DNA of 64,000 bases from Octopus bimaculoides (GCF_001194135.2 NC_068988.1:3309245-3373244); one strand, 5' to 3'. Positions 1 to 12,632 are shown, numbered from the stretch's first letter. Notes: generated by a model from the sequence alone, not told the origin. Numbers and translations: made by a program.

Positions 1-335
1 CGTCAAGATCACCAGCAGTCTACCTCCCACACACAGCCCCTCGTTCCCGATCACCGTTTGTTATCTCCCCCTTTCTTAGCTCTCCTGAAATAAGAATTTC
101 TAACTTCCGGTCAGTCATTGTTATGATCGGCCATTATTATGATTGACCGTTGACTGAACACTATTCAATTTTTTTTCTCCGTGTTTTTCTCCTTGTCTCC
201 GTATTCTTTCTGTTGAAGAGCGTAGCTCGAAACGTCAAAGACTTTCCGTATTCCCGAGCGTCATACTAATATATACTTTTGTTATTTACACCACCTGTCC
301 TCGTCTGTTGTTATTTTTTGTATATTCTCCCATAT
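1..335 (+). mobile_element. Penelope-derived pLTR / hammerhead-bearing non-autonomous repeat (left end runs off the window)
   Basis: Bases ~145-330 recur at ~49385-49575 with high identity. The repeat contains a minimal hammerhead motif and ends in a (TA)n tract. Confidence 0.7.
205..241 (+). ncRNA. Minimal type I hammerhead ribozyme motif with atypical core CUGUUGA
   Basis: UCUUU-CUGUUGA-A-GAGC(GUA)GCUC-GAAA-CG-UC-AAAGA. Helix I is UCUUU/AAAGA, helix II is GAGC/GCUC, helix III is the palindrome ACGU, and the triplet is GUC. This is the architecture of PLE minimal HHRs. Confidence 0.65.
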
Positions 336-414
336 ATATGCAAATGTATATGTATATACATGCATGTATACACAGAAAAACACACACAGACACATGCACA
401 TATAAGCGTGGCCA

Positions 415-565
415 TGGTAGTGATGTTAAGCAGCCTATTTTGCAACAATATGGTCTCAGGTTCAATCTCACTGAACAGTACTTTGAGCAAGTGTTTTCTA
501 TCAGAGCATCAGGCTGACAAATGCCTTATAAGAGAATTTGATAAACAGAAATTGTGCAGAAGCCT

Positions 566-599
<34 letters not shown>

Positions 600-680
600 A
601 AGACTCATATTCTCATTGAATGCTCGAAATGAGGAGTAGATTGACAGCCGGCAACTGATTAAGGGTCCTTTCTCTGTCCT
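415..680 (+). mobile_element. tRNA-head SINE, family B (interrupted by (TA)n)
   Basis: B-box-like ggttcaatctc and shared body gagcaagtgttttcta...gaagcc, also seen at 14925, 22735 and 58460. Confidence 0.6.
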
Positions 681-1080
681 GCTTTTGTTTTTGTTTTTGA
701 ATGATTTTGAAAAATATTCCTTAGCTACACACAAGAGAAAATGTCAGAAAGATAAGTCAGTTATTCCTCTACAATTTTTTGTAAATTCTTAAATATATCT
801 CCTTCTGTATATATACATATACTAACAAACAAACATGATTTTTATTGAACTCAAAATACTTTTTGGAGTCCCGTTCTGATTACATTTTTAAATACTTTCT
901 TGTAAACTGTTTTTAACATTTTCTTATTATCAAAGAATGTATAACTGTATTTTAATACTTTTGTGATAACCAGTAATTAACACAACAAAGCTTTACATTT
1001 TACTTTTGACAATCTTTTCTAAAAAAGTGAAACCGGTCAAGTCAATAAACATCTTTAAAATTGCATTTTCAAACCTTCTG

Positions 1081-1126
<46 letters not shown>

Positions 1127-1170
1127 TATGTAGATATATATACTATTTATTTCCAAGTAAGTTTATATAT

Positions 1171-1376
1171 GGGGCTTGGTGGTCTGATATAATGGGGGTG
1201 TTTAGATAAACACTGCCAATTCCCCTTGCTAACACACTAAGCTCTCCACAAAATCATTACATGTTTAAGCTCCATCCTATCAACCCCTCAAATGTATAAT
1301 TCTCCCTTGAAGATGGAGGTAGTGTTATCCAATAATGGATCCAAGTAACTATCATTATTCCGGACCACCAAGACCC
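1171..1376. mobile_element. ~205-bp MITE with ~22-bp imperfect terminal inverted repeats
   Basis: Left end ggggcttggtggtctgatataatg; reverse complement of right end gggtcttggtggtccggaataatg. No coding capacity and no clear TSD. Confidence 0.55.
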
Positions 1377-1502
1377 AGAAACAGCTGTTATTCTGTAAGA
1401 CAGACTATTGTATCTCCATACACATGTACATTTTTTCTATAAAATGTATTTAATATTCTGTGTAAATCGACTTACCTAACTTGCATCTCAATACATTTAC
1501 TC

Positions 1503-1549
<47 letters not shown>

Positions 1550-2335
1550 AAAACAAAAGGAACCAAAATAAAGCCAGTAACTGTAGCAGATATCTTTTGT
1601 TTACTGATTACACATACAACAATTTAGATGAGAGGAAGACTGCATTGTCTTCTTCTCTCTCCAATTTAATACAAATACCTTCACTATATATTTTCTCCTG
1701 AATCAGCTCATCTGCTTCATCCAAATTCATGCACAATTTAACAGGAGAGAAAAATAGGCTGCTTTTCTTAACGACTTATATTTAGATAATTCATCTTGAT
1801 TTAATATATAGACTGTAATTAACCTCGTGTATGTGAATAAATTGCAAAATTTAACAGTTAAGATTTTATTATAAACAACATTGAACATAATATGCAGTAT
1901 ATCACCACCATCACCACCACCACCATCATCATTATTGTTGTCATCATCACCCTCAACATCACCAGAACCATTAAAACCCTCCTCCACCATCACCACCCCA
2001 CCAACTTACCATCATTTCAAGTCTGCTTTAAATGTTAGCATTGGTTTGATGGTTAAACATTATCCAATCAGTCAATGGATCGTATTTTGCTCTAGCTCCT
2101 CAGTTTTGGCATGCTTTCTACAGCTATATGCCCTTCCTAATTAAAAAGACCTCACGTTAATTGTGAATTGATTCCAGTTTCTGGATTAAAGCAAACAATA
2201 AGCTTTCTTTCTTCATCAACACAATGAATATTTACATTATTATTCATTTAATGTATTAATTACCAACAAACTTTCTAGCATGCTGACTACCTTAACGTGA
2301 TTTTTATCCTTATATTTTTTTATGAATTAATAAAT

Positions 2336-2411
2336 NNNNNNNNNNNNNNNNNNNNNNNNNNNNNNNNNNNNNNNNNNNNNNNNNNNNNNNNNNNNNNNNN
2401 NNNNNNNNNNN
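2336..2411. other. Assembly gap (N-run); other gaps at 6465-6474, 24775-24956, 32788-33071, 47992-48203, 54596-54796, 62524-62560
   Basis: N-runs, mostly flanked by (TA)n, (GA)n or triplet repeats. Confidence 0.99.
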
Positions 2412-2419
2412 GTACGTAT

Positions 2420-2679
2420 GTATGCATGTATGTGTGTATATCACTTGTTTCAGTCACTGTGGGCAGCACTGGGGCAGCCCAATGTAAATTTTTGTTGAAC
2501 AAATTGGTCACAACAGTTACTGTATTCTTCTGCTTGGTACTTATTCTCTTTTGCCAAACTGATAACTTGGTTTTCAAGTAATGGTGGGGAACAGTTTTCC
2601 TCTGACCTGGAAAAATACGTGTTAAAATAATGATGATTACAATGACGATGAAGATGATAACAGTCCTGCTGCTGTTGCT

Positions 2680-2725
<46 letters not shown>

Positions 2726-2780
2726 CGGAGGATGGGCTCTGCATAGCTTCACTCACAAGTTAAAAGACAACTCTTGGCTA
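2420..2780 (-). mobile_element. SINE family B-related copy containing (CAT)n/(GCT)n
   Basis: Tail cttgtttcagtcact...gcagcactgg is the reverse complement of the family B 3' end (ccagcatggccg...tgactgaaacaag). Confidence 0.5.
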
Positions 2781-4132
2781 CACTCAAAGACATTTCTTTC
2801 CCAAATTGCCACATATTGTGATGAAACCAGAACCTCATGGCTGTGAGGTAAAGTCCTTAAACACTAGCTTTACTTTAATATCATCCCTGCAATCAATTTA
2901 CAATAATTCTATTGAGATTTCAGTATTTTATTCTTCAGTTTCAAACATTTCAGCCTATTAAATTCAATGTCAATGCAAATGTTTCATTCAATTTCATAAA
3001 TGTATCTATTTAAATGTTTTCTTATTGACCTCCTTAGCACTTCAGTGAATTGGATACATTGACTTCATTATACAAAAGATCGCACTTAAAGTTCTCTATT
3101 AATAATGTTTATAAATATATTTCTCTCACAGTTAGGTATCTTGGTGTTGGTTAGTTTGTTGTAACATGTCATCCTTTAGAAATAAAGAAATCTTGTTAAT
3201 ATCCAGTTAATTTTTATTTTCATAATTTTATTTGTAAATATTCTATAGAGAATTACTTATATTTATAGCAAAAACATTATCTTAAATTTATTCAGCTTAT
3301 ATAAAACTAAAACACTATCTATACTTATACACTTAGATAATAATTCATAAACTCTCCACATTTGAGCACAACTAATTTTGTTTCATTATTTTATACATCT
3401 ATTTTTTTCTTATTTACATTATAATTTCTATACTGTGTTTATGTCTGTTTTAGAATAGATTAACGATCACTCTCTGTTTAATAGGAGGTGGCTAAGAGGG
3501 ATTAGCGGAAAAAGATGGGCATTCAGCTATTAAACATTGCCTTAAAAAATGAGAGCCATGAAGAGAACAATATGAAAGCCATGGATCCTACTTGACTAAT
3601 CCCAGCTTTAGCAGAGAAAATGGCTTTAATTCTTTAACATTAAGATTATTCTGCCAAATGTAATGCTTATTTATTCACATTGTTTTGAATTAATCGTGCA
3701 TTATCTTCTAGAAAAAAAGATCGCAATGGTATAGCTGTTTAGTTTTAGAATGGCATTGTAGGGAAGGTGTGAGAGGTTCAATCTTACTGTGTGGCTTGTA
3801 AGGTGCTTTTCTTTTGAACCTTTATATAAGCCAATGCATTTTGAGTGGGACCTGGTTGATAAAAACCATGTTGTATCATCATCATCATCATCATCATCGT
3901 TGTTGTTTTTATCTTTGCTTTACAAGCTGTCATGGATTGCACAAGACTTTTTAAGACTTATTCTACAGCTAGATGTCTTTCTTCAAACCAACCTTGCTTT
4001 TCAAAGTAAGTTTGTCTACTGCCCATCTCTTAGGCCAAATTGCTCTTTATGAGAGACACAAACACACCACTGCTGCTCAAAGAGAAGGAAGACATCAGGA
4101 GGTAATTATACACATACATTATATATACATAT

Positions 4133-4177
<45 letters not shown>

Positions 4178-4189
4178 GTCATCGTCGTC

Positions 4190-4400
4190 ATCATCGTTGT
4201 CATCATTCAACATCCATTTTCCATGCTGGCATGGGTTGAACAGTTTGACAGGATCTGGCAAGCCATAGAGCTACACCAGGCTCCAGTTGTCTGTTTTGGT
4301 ATAGTTTTCTTTGACTGGATGCCCTTCCTAGTACCCACTATTTTACAGAGTGTATTGGGTGCTTTTTACATGGCACGAGCACAAATATTTTTTACATGAT
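4190..4400 (-). mobile_element. SINE family C (RTE-like 3' tail with (GAT)n)
   Basis: catccattttccatgctggcatgggttgaacagtttgac...ggatgcccttccta, preceded by a (CAT)n tract. Confidence 0.75.
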
Positions 4401-4586
4401 AACAAAACCAGAAATGACACCAAGTACCTTGTGAGACAAAAACCTCTTAGTTGAAAGAGATTGAGAGTGGAACCAAAGGAAATGGCTGTGTGCCAGGTAA
4501 GAGGTTAGAATGTGATAAAGGGACAGAGATAGTTGTCTGACTATATCTTGGCTAATCCAGTAGGATACTTTATATGCAAGTATATA

Positions 4587-5140
4587 TACAGGGTGTGATG
4601 GGTAAATTGTCGCCATTCAATATTTTAAATTTTGTGCATTGTTTGTTTTTGATTTCGTCAGCTACAGAACATAGCAGAGTTGGTTGGGTAACATCTGTGA
4701 GAAAAACAGCACCATGACGCAATTTACAGTGCCAAAAATATGGAAACAAAATGCTGTACTGTTTGGCATTTGTGCCGGAAGCTCCAATAGGAACATTTGA
4801 AACTGTTCGAGTGTCAGTCTGAGGACAAAAATACGATCTGAGAAAATGTACTAAGATTGATAAAAATCAAATATTCAGTCAACATCAAGGTGTTTAGAAG
4901 TTATGCTTCCATTTATCCTCCCACGTGGTCCAGGCTCAACATGGAGGCCTACATCAAATAACTAGAGGAGGTAGTGCTGCCCTGGGTGAAGAGGGTGGCT
5001 GCTGGAAGACCCTATGTCAGGCAACAAGACACTGTACTGTATCACACAAGTGAGAGAACCCAGTCATGAATGTCAAACAATTTCTGCGACCACATCAACC
5101 CTAACATCTGGCCACCTAACTCCACACACTGTAACCCCAC
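4587..5140 (+). mobile_element. Tc1/mariner (maT/DD37D-like) transposon relic, internally deleted
   Basis: TA|CAGGGTG left end at 4587-4595. Frameshifted translation EEVVLPWVKRVAAGRPYV.QQD...NFCDHINPNIWPPNS matches the mariner catalytic region (QQD..P.H, WPPNSPD). Confidence 0.8.
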
Positions 5141-6428
5141 CTCCTAATAAAGACAGATGCATAACCTGGAACTAAAAGAAATTAGCCCCAACACAGAGAA
5201 TTTTTTTCTGTAAATATTGGAATTTGCAAAGTTAATCTTTTTGTTTTCATTAATGATATTTTTCATGGATTTCTTTATTTTTCATTATCAAAACAGTTTT
5301 GCTTTACGAATTCTCTATAACTTTTGTTTTGTTTCTTTTTTGCTTTATTCTGTAATACCTTCGTGTTTTTGCTATTTTTGTTTTTCATACTGTTTCCCCT
5401 AACTTAGTTATTGTTATTTAGCCCCAGGTCAAACAAAAGAACTAACATTAGAATCATTCCAGCTATGACCATCCCTTCTTTTCAGTGTAATTAGGACTAT
5501 ATTAACTAATGTGTCTTTTCACTTCATGATACAGTAGTGTATAATTCGTGGGAGATTTAGCTGCTATTTCCCACAGGTTTAGTAACTGTAGAGAGGTTTC
5601 ACTCTTAGCTCATGCTTAGTTGTACCATCATACTTATTCATATCTACTACATACTTGTGTTTAATGCACACCAATAATTGGGAACAATGAAATCTCAGAC
5701 AGAAATACATATTTTGTGCCTAATATACACTGTCTTTTAGTCAGATTTATTATAATAGCTGTATAAAATACAATAGCAAAATTCACAAATCACAAACAAC
5801 TCAAAAAGCAATTTTGAAAGTTACAATTAATGTAGGTTGTAATTGTATCCCATAGTGTGTTACCTTCACAACTGGTTAAGACAGCCTAGTCAACTTTCAG
5901 TCAACAACCTTTAAATACAGAAGGCATAAATGTTACACAGTCAACATAGAGGGAAAAAAATAATTCTTTAGTTAACAGAAAGTTATTATGAAATATTTAG
6001 TAAACATGATTACATTCTAGTTATATTCTAGAGTCCATTTTTATATTCTTTGGTGCTGAAGGTTGATTGCAATATTTCTCTTGGAGTCTTCTTTGCCAGC
6101 CGTGCCAATTTTAAAATTATCTCTCTCTCTCTCGCTCCTCTCTCAATATCTCTCTCTCTCTTTCTGTATATATGTATGTATGTATATATATATATATATA
6201 TTTATATATATGTAGATGTATGTGAACATGTGTATGTGAGAGTGTGTGTGTATGCATGTATGTTCATATCAAATGACGCACCAACTGAATATTTCTGATT
6301 GGAACACCTTTGTGTTATTAATTATAATTGCTGGTTATTAATTAATACATAATAAACCTTAACGAGTAAATGTTCATATAGCAGCATATATTAATAGATC
6401 AAATGTACACAGAGCACAAAGTGACAGA

Positions 6429-6464
<36 letters not shown>

Positions 6465-6474
6465 NNNNNNNNNN

Positions 6475-6516
<42 letters not shown>

Positions 6517-6739
6517 CACAGAGTGACACACATATACATATACACACAACTTAATTTAAACATATACACAAGTTACACACTGATGTATATGAAAAGACTA
6601 AGTCACACACATACACACATATACGTAGTAGTGTATAAACTAAATCTAAATCATTCAGCCATTTCCCTTTTAGTCTTATATTTCATTTGCGAATTATTTC
6701 AATTGCTAAACAAGCAAACAATATTGAGCACTGATTTAA

Positions 6740-6880
6740 GGTGGTGAGCTGGCAGAAACGTTATCACACCTTTCATGGTCGATAAATTAAGTACTAGTTG
6801 CATACTAGGATAAATCTAATCAAGTGCCCCCCCACCCAAAAAAAGAATTCGGGCCTTGTGCCCAGAGCAGAAAAGAATAT
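6740..6880 (+). mobile_element. tRNA-derived SINE family A, internally deleted copy
   Basis: ggtggtgagctggcagaaacgtta...ggtcgataaattaagtac...ggccttgtgcc. Confidence 0.75.
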
Positions 6881-6949
6881 TGAACTTTGATCTCTGACAC
6901 AGGCATACTTGTAAAATGATGATGTGTAGTAGAATGAAATCACATGATA

Positions 6950-8950
6950 TGGAAATTCTGGCAGCCACAGACAGTTCTTGTCAGCTACAATCTATGTTTG
7001 TGCTTTCATGCACCAAATGCCTCTATTTATACCAAATTGCAATTTTTTTTATTTTGGAATATAATTCAAAGAATTTTCTACTTTAATATTGATAGTTGTA
7101 CCTAAAAAACTGGGTGGAAAATATCTTATAACCTTTTTCTATATTTCAAAATATTTTGGATAAATTTGTTGATAAAATAAAATTCTCGAAATCTGATCAT
7201 GTGATTAGGGATTTAGATGAAATATATAAGGTATGTTTATTTAAATTTGTTTAAATTATATTTATTGTTCATTTATATATTTTCAAAACTAAATAAGTAT
7301 AGATTTGCTAAATGATATCTTTCATTTAATCCCATTAGAATTCTGATGTCTAGGAAAATAATTTACTTTTACTTAATCTAAATCAAAAAAGTGAGGAGCC
7401 TCTAAGTAGCTGTTTGACCTGCTACACATAGCAACCATATCACCTTGAGATCACATGCTACTATCTTTAAAAAAGGAAGGACTAATAACATTGTTTTATA
7501 TTGTTCCTGAAAACTTGATGAGATGACCACAATTGGAATGCCTTACAAGGCTGATCAGAGACTATACAGTAATAACAATTTCATATAAAATATGGTGACA
7601 GCTTTATTTTACTAATGTTACTGAACTTTGATTTATGTCTTTTTAGTTTTTCTTTGCTAAATTTTTCTTTGTTATTATTTTTATAATTTTCTTTTGCCAT
7701 TCTGTAATTTCAATTATGATGTCTTTCAGTTTGTCTTTAAGTTTGAGATTTTTAGAAGTGAAATCATAATTCTTTAGAGTATTTTCTATACTTTTCTTTC
7801 TTTAATAATTCGTTTAATATTTCTATAATTATGCTTAGATTGTCAATAATCCAATATCAATTCACTTTAGAGAAATATTTGATAGCGTCAAAGAATTTAT
7901 TTCTATATTTTTTTTTTTTTTTTAGGTATAGTTTTAATATACTTGTTATATTGATAGCTAAGGGTTTTAAAGAGATGTTTCAGGTAGAACATAAATTTAC
8001 CTACTATCAGACTTTTAAGTAGTTTTTTTATATATATAATATTTGTGTCTCATCTCTTTTTGTCATTTTCCTACATTTCCAATTCTTTTATGATTTTTAT
8101 TTTTATTATATAAAAAAAACTTCTTATATATAAAAGCAACATTATTGTAAACCCTGTCTATAAAAGTTACAACTGAGTTGCTATGTGCAGTCGTTATGTG
8201 TTTGTTGTAAATCATTTATATTATCAGGATCACTTAAAATTGATTCCTTGTTATTACTTTATATTGTAGTTTATATTTTTTAATCCTTTTTCAACCCCTT
8301 TTTAATACTTTATTTTTCCTTCGGTTGAATTTTTTCATTAGTTTTACTTTTTTATTATTTGTGCTGGGAATTCTTTTCTCTAATCCTATCTTAACTTCAT
8401 TATTTTTAATTTCCCAGTTACCTATTTTTCTCCTTTAACACATACACACACACACATGCATTATGCATGCATGTGTGTGTATACAACTGTGTGTGAAAAT
8501 ATAAATAGTTTTATTCCATTGAGTCATAAACAATTTGTGATATTGTGTATAAAACATGTAAAATGGTTTGAAGGGAATATGCACAAGAATAGCTGTTTCA
8601 AATAGCTTTATCTTCCTAAGTTTAAGAATATTTACAACAAAATAAATATTTTCACCATTTTCAGAAGCAGAAAAGAATATAGTTACATATTTTAGCAACA
8701 AGCACAACACAATATCTGTGACAGATATGGAATAACACTTCATCTCCCAGAGAAAACTTCTGTCAAAATGGCCATTTTCCACCCTACTACTTCTAGTATA
8801 TTATGACTTCTATCTGATAGATATCTGATCAGAGTTATCAAACGTCACATTTAATATTGTATCCCATCTAGTATGGAATATGTTAGTTCCTAAAACCTTA
8901 ATAGATGTTGGCCTTCCCTCATGATAATTCATCTTTATTTAAAAATTTAT
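6950..8950. mobile_element. Very old AT-rich coding-like relic, probably decayed Penelope fragments (N-terminal part on -, GIY-YIG-like part on +)
   Basis: Low stop density. The - strand gives a K/I-rich helical stretch (IENTLKNYDFTSKNLKLKDKLKDIIIEITEWQKK). The + strand at 8590-8800 gives LYLPKFKNIYNKINIFTIFR...ICDRYG...AIFH, loosely like PLE endonuclease. Motif matches are weak. Confidence 0.3.
7391..7565 (+). mobile_element. Dispersed repeat family D (related copies near 5420-5600 -, 42820-42980 +, 57520-57725 +, 61970-62130 -)
   Basis: Shared motifs acctgcta..atagcagccaaat and cacagctggaatgcctt..gatca recur in the window. Confidence 0.5.
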
Positions 8951-9559
8951 TCACTTTTTGTGTTACATATTCCATATCTAACAAAGATAAAAAACAAAAC
9001 AAATCTCATATTATATCAAGAATATTTTGTTTTTCTGAGATAATATTACATGTGCCATCTTTAACTACAGAGATGTTGATGGAGAGAGCTGCTTAGTTTA
9101 CATTTTCTATTGATGTTCGTTCACTTATTACTTTTGTCTTTGCTACATATGATGTAAATTCTAAATATGTGCTTCAATATTATTAAAACATTCTGTTTGG
9201 AACTTAATGCATTTTTTTTTTTGTTTATGTTGTGTTCAGACTCACACCTAAGAAACTGTCTGTCAGTCATGCTTCAATTATTCGATGTCATCTGGGTTGA
9301 TATTGTTAATATAGTCTACCAAACTTCCATGCAGTTCTTCTGAGACTTAGAATTATTTCTAATTGACGTGACGAACATGACAACGGAAACCTTCTGTAAT
9401 ACATCTTATATATTCTGAAATATAAAAGACTTTATAAGAAATTATTAAATATATATAAGACACCTCCATACTCTATTTACAATCAACAGACTCATTGTTA
9501 GTATCCTTTTTATTCTTTTCTGTCCAACCCATGCCAGCATAGAACATGGTAGTTAAATG

Positions 9560-9950
9560 ATGCTTAAATGACAATTGCTGTTTACCATCAACCATGCCTC
9601 TGCTACTCCCATCTCTAACCATCTGTTACTCTCCCTCCACACACTTATGAAAGGACCCACTCTCTCCTTTCCTTCCTCTGACCCACACTTTGTTTCCTCT
9701 CTAATACTCACTTTCCTGTCCCCTGAGATTTTGCTCTGGCCCTGCATCACTAACATCTTTATCCCCTCCCAACAACTCACAGCCATCCCAATATAATGTA
9801 TTGTAGCCATGTATTCCATCCATAGCAAGGCACCTATGCCTTGGCATAAAACCACCTCCCCACCCTCGAACACTTCTTACCATCTATCAGTGGGAGCTTT
9901 TTCCTTTTTCCCTGTTCTCACTTTCTGTCTTGCAAGTTACTTGGCAACCA
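9560..9950 (+). mobile_element. L2/CR1-like LINE 3' fragment, flanked by SINE family C pieces (9500-9560, 9960-10140)
   Basis: C/T-rich decayed LINE-like sequence, similar to 63040-63200. SINE C motifs aacccatgccagcat...ggaaaatgga flank it. Confidence 0.4.
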
Positions 9951-10434
9951 CACTAGTGCCAGTCATACGCACACACAAAAGCACCCAGTACACGCAGTAA
10001 ATGATTGGCAATAGGAAAGGTATCATAGAAACTATGACAAAGCTGATACTGAAGTTTGACATAGTCTTGTGTCTCACCATATCTTGTTACTCCATTCAAC
10101 CCATGGCAGTATGGAAAATGGATATCGAATGAAGATGTTGATGTTCATAATCACAATTGTTGCATAAGTTGTGGTATTAATATATAAACATGCAAGAGGC
10201 ATAAAAGTGGGAGAAACAATAAGATATACCATAATTTTTCTGATACCGATTCAGTTTCACCGTCCTTCATCCCAGAAAAATCTGAATTTTGTGACTGGTC
10301 AGATAAAATATTATATAATTGTGGTAAGTAGAAACATGTAGCAGCAGAGAGAGCAGTCGAAATTCACTTGGATGACTTAGATTTTACTTGTGTGGATTGA
10401 TAAATGGATTCTGAGTTAAAAACATGGCCAGTAG

Positions 10435-10615
10435 TTTGAAGGGGGTGAGTTAGCAGACAGCACCAATTCCAGTACTTAACTGGTACCTTATTTTAATGAA
10501 GCTGAAAGAATGAAAGGCAAAAGCAACCTTGGCAGGATTTGAACTCAGCATATAAAGGCTCAGAAGAACTGCCATAAATCCCATGTGTTCAATGATTCTG
10601 CCAGCTTACAGCAAC
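10435..10615 (-). mobile_element. SINE family A
   Basis: gaaagaatgaaaggcaaa...gatttgaactcag...attctgccagct is the reverse complement of family A. Confidence 0.7.
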
Positions 10616-11375
10616 TTGTAAGGGAGTGATGAGAATCGGTCAAATGCCAAACTTTATTCAACTGGTTAAAATCCCACCCTTTGAACCTAGCAAGAAAATA
10701 ATGGTGTCTCAAACAACAAAATTAATGAAGATATCAAAGATAATGTAATTAAGGAATTGAGACTTGATGATAACAAGTTTAGTGTCTCATGGTCCTGAGT
10801 TCAAATATAACTAGGATCAAGTGTATTTGTTAACTCTTCGTTTCTTGAGGTAGAACTATGATATAATCAGTCTCAGTTACAAAATAATGTCAGTTCATTT
10901 GATTATTCGACTATCTTACAAAACTTTGGCTCATACCCTTGTTAAAAATCAATATATCAAGATACTATTTTCGGTCAGAAACCAATAATAAATATTGATT
11001 TATGATTTTTTTTTTTTTTGTTCAAATGTCATTTAATTGAAGACAGCAACTTATGAAGAAACAACTGACCAATAGCCAAGAGATTATGTCAGTACTACAA
11101 AATATTGGCTGGAATTGTTGGTCAAACATATGACTGGAGTATGGCTGAAGTACTTACTAGTGATGTACTAAATTGAAAGGCTGCAGGCTATCCAGTTTTT
11201 ATTAACTTTTCACCGTTGCCATTCAAAGTTGACTGACTGAAAGGGTAACACACCTTAGATTTAAACAGAGACTGTAGTAGCTTTTGGTAAGGGAAGAAGA
11301 GGAAGGAGAGAAGGAGGAGAAGGTGGAGCTAGTGTTGACAGTGGTGGTGGTGAAATCATCTGCAAGGGATTAATA

Positions 11376-11419
<44 letters not shown>

Positions 11420-12401
11420 CCTAGTTGGTGTATCAAACAGAAATTGCCAATTTTATATTCAACCAGAAACTGGTTGACACATTGACAAATTAAAGTGTTT
11501 TCAAAAGGAACATTGAAAAGAGAATTACCATGGTTTGATTTCCTCTACTTTTCCTGTTACAGTGATTCATGTTGTTGTTGTTATTGTAAATAGTCTCATG
11601 GAATCATTGCAGTCTGACAGCTTTGAGATGTTGCAGTGGTTCTTTTAAATTTTTGTTTTCCTATAGTTTAAGGCAGCCCACCCATACTGGTCACTGGTTT
11701 TGATATGTTTTTCTGTTTCACTACTCTTTGTTTTTTTTGTTATCAATGTTTATTATCTCAAGCAGAGACACCTAACAGTCCTTAGCAATCTAAGTTATTT
11801 CTCTTGCTGTAAAATACATTTTCGTATATGGTAGCATTTCTCTGTGATTCTGATATTATCATGTTTCAAATGGACGTTTGTTTCTAGCTCAAGGCAGCAA
11901 CTTCTCCGAAAATTTGCATATTCCTCCATTATGTCTACAGAAAATATTTTTAGTTCTGATGTAAAGATTGTTTTGAATGCAAATTATTGAAAACTCATAA
12001 TCAGCTGGACAATTGTGATTTTTAATCACCTATGAATCTCATTAGAACCAGTGAAATACATTTATTAACATGTACATTTTAGTTAAGCCATAGCACACAC
12101 TGTATGTACCATGCGTCTATAAGATGCACGCAATGGAGTGAGAAAATATGTTACTCATTAATACATCACTTAATGAAGATTGAAATTTTGATAGCTTAGT
12201 TGCTGATCAAGTGTTCTCATTAACTTGATTTTATCTCAAAATATTCAGCAAGGTTAAGCATATTTACATCAACAAAAAGTATTATCAGTTGTGTGATGTA
12301 ATGTATAATTAATTACATATGTTGTCATGAATAATTAAATAGCTTCCATATTATTATGTAATATCATCATCAGCAAAATCCATCTTTTAAACATCTGCAG
12401 T

Positions 12402-12631
12402 TTAACAACTTTCGATACCAACCCGGCTGAAACCAGCTCTGGCTCTGTAGTACAAATGTCTTGTATTCAAAAGTTCTGAGTTAAAATCTTCCACCAAACC
12501 TTAGTCACAATTTATGTTCCTAACACTAGCTTACTGATAACAAACTTATTTTACTAAATTCTTTGTTATATTTAAAATCATTGAAAGAAACACAGAGCAT
12601 CTCAACAGGAATATGGTAACGAAAGGGTTAA
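12402..12631. mobile_element. piggyBac-type MITE (~230 bp)
   Basis: Left ttaacaactttcgatacca; right tggtaacgaaagggttaa (reverse complement ttaaccctttcgttacca). TTAA flanks and an AGGG|TTAA terminus are typical of piggyBac. Confidence 0.7.
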
Positions 12632-12632
12632 A

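Noticed and set aside
6030-6120. - strand peptide IILKLARLAKKTPREILQSTFSTKEYKNGL*
   Set aside because: It is preceded by an (AG)n purine tract rather than an acceptor, and has no start codon.
8435-8782. 115-aa - strand ORF as a standalone gene
   Set aside because: It has a GTG start and a microsatellite C-terminus. About one such ORF is expected by chance, and it is probably antisense to a PLE endonuclease relic.
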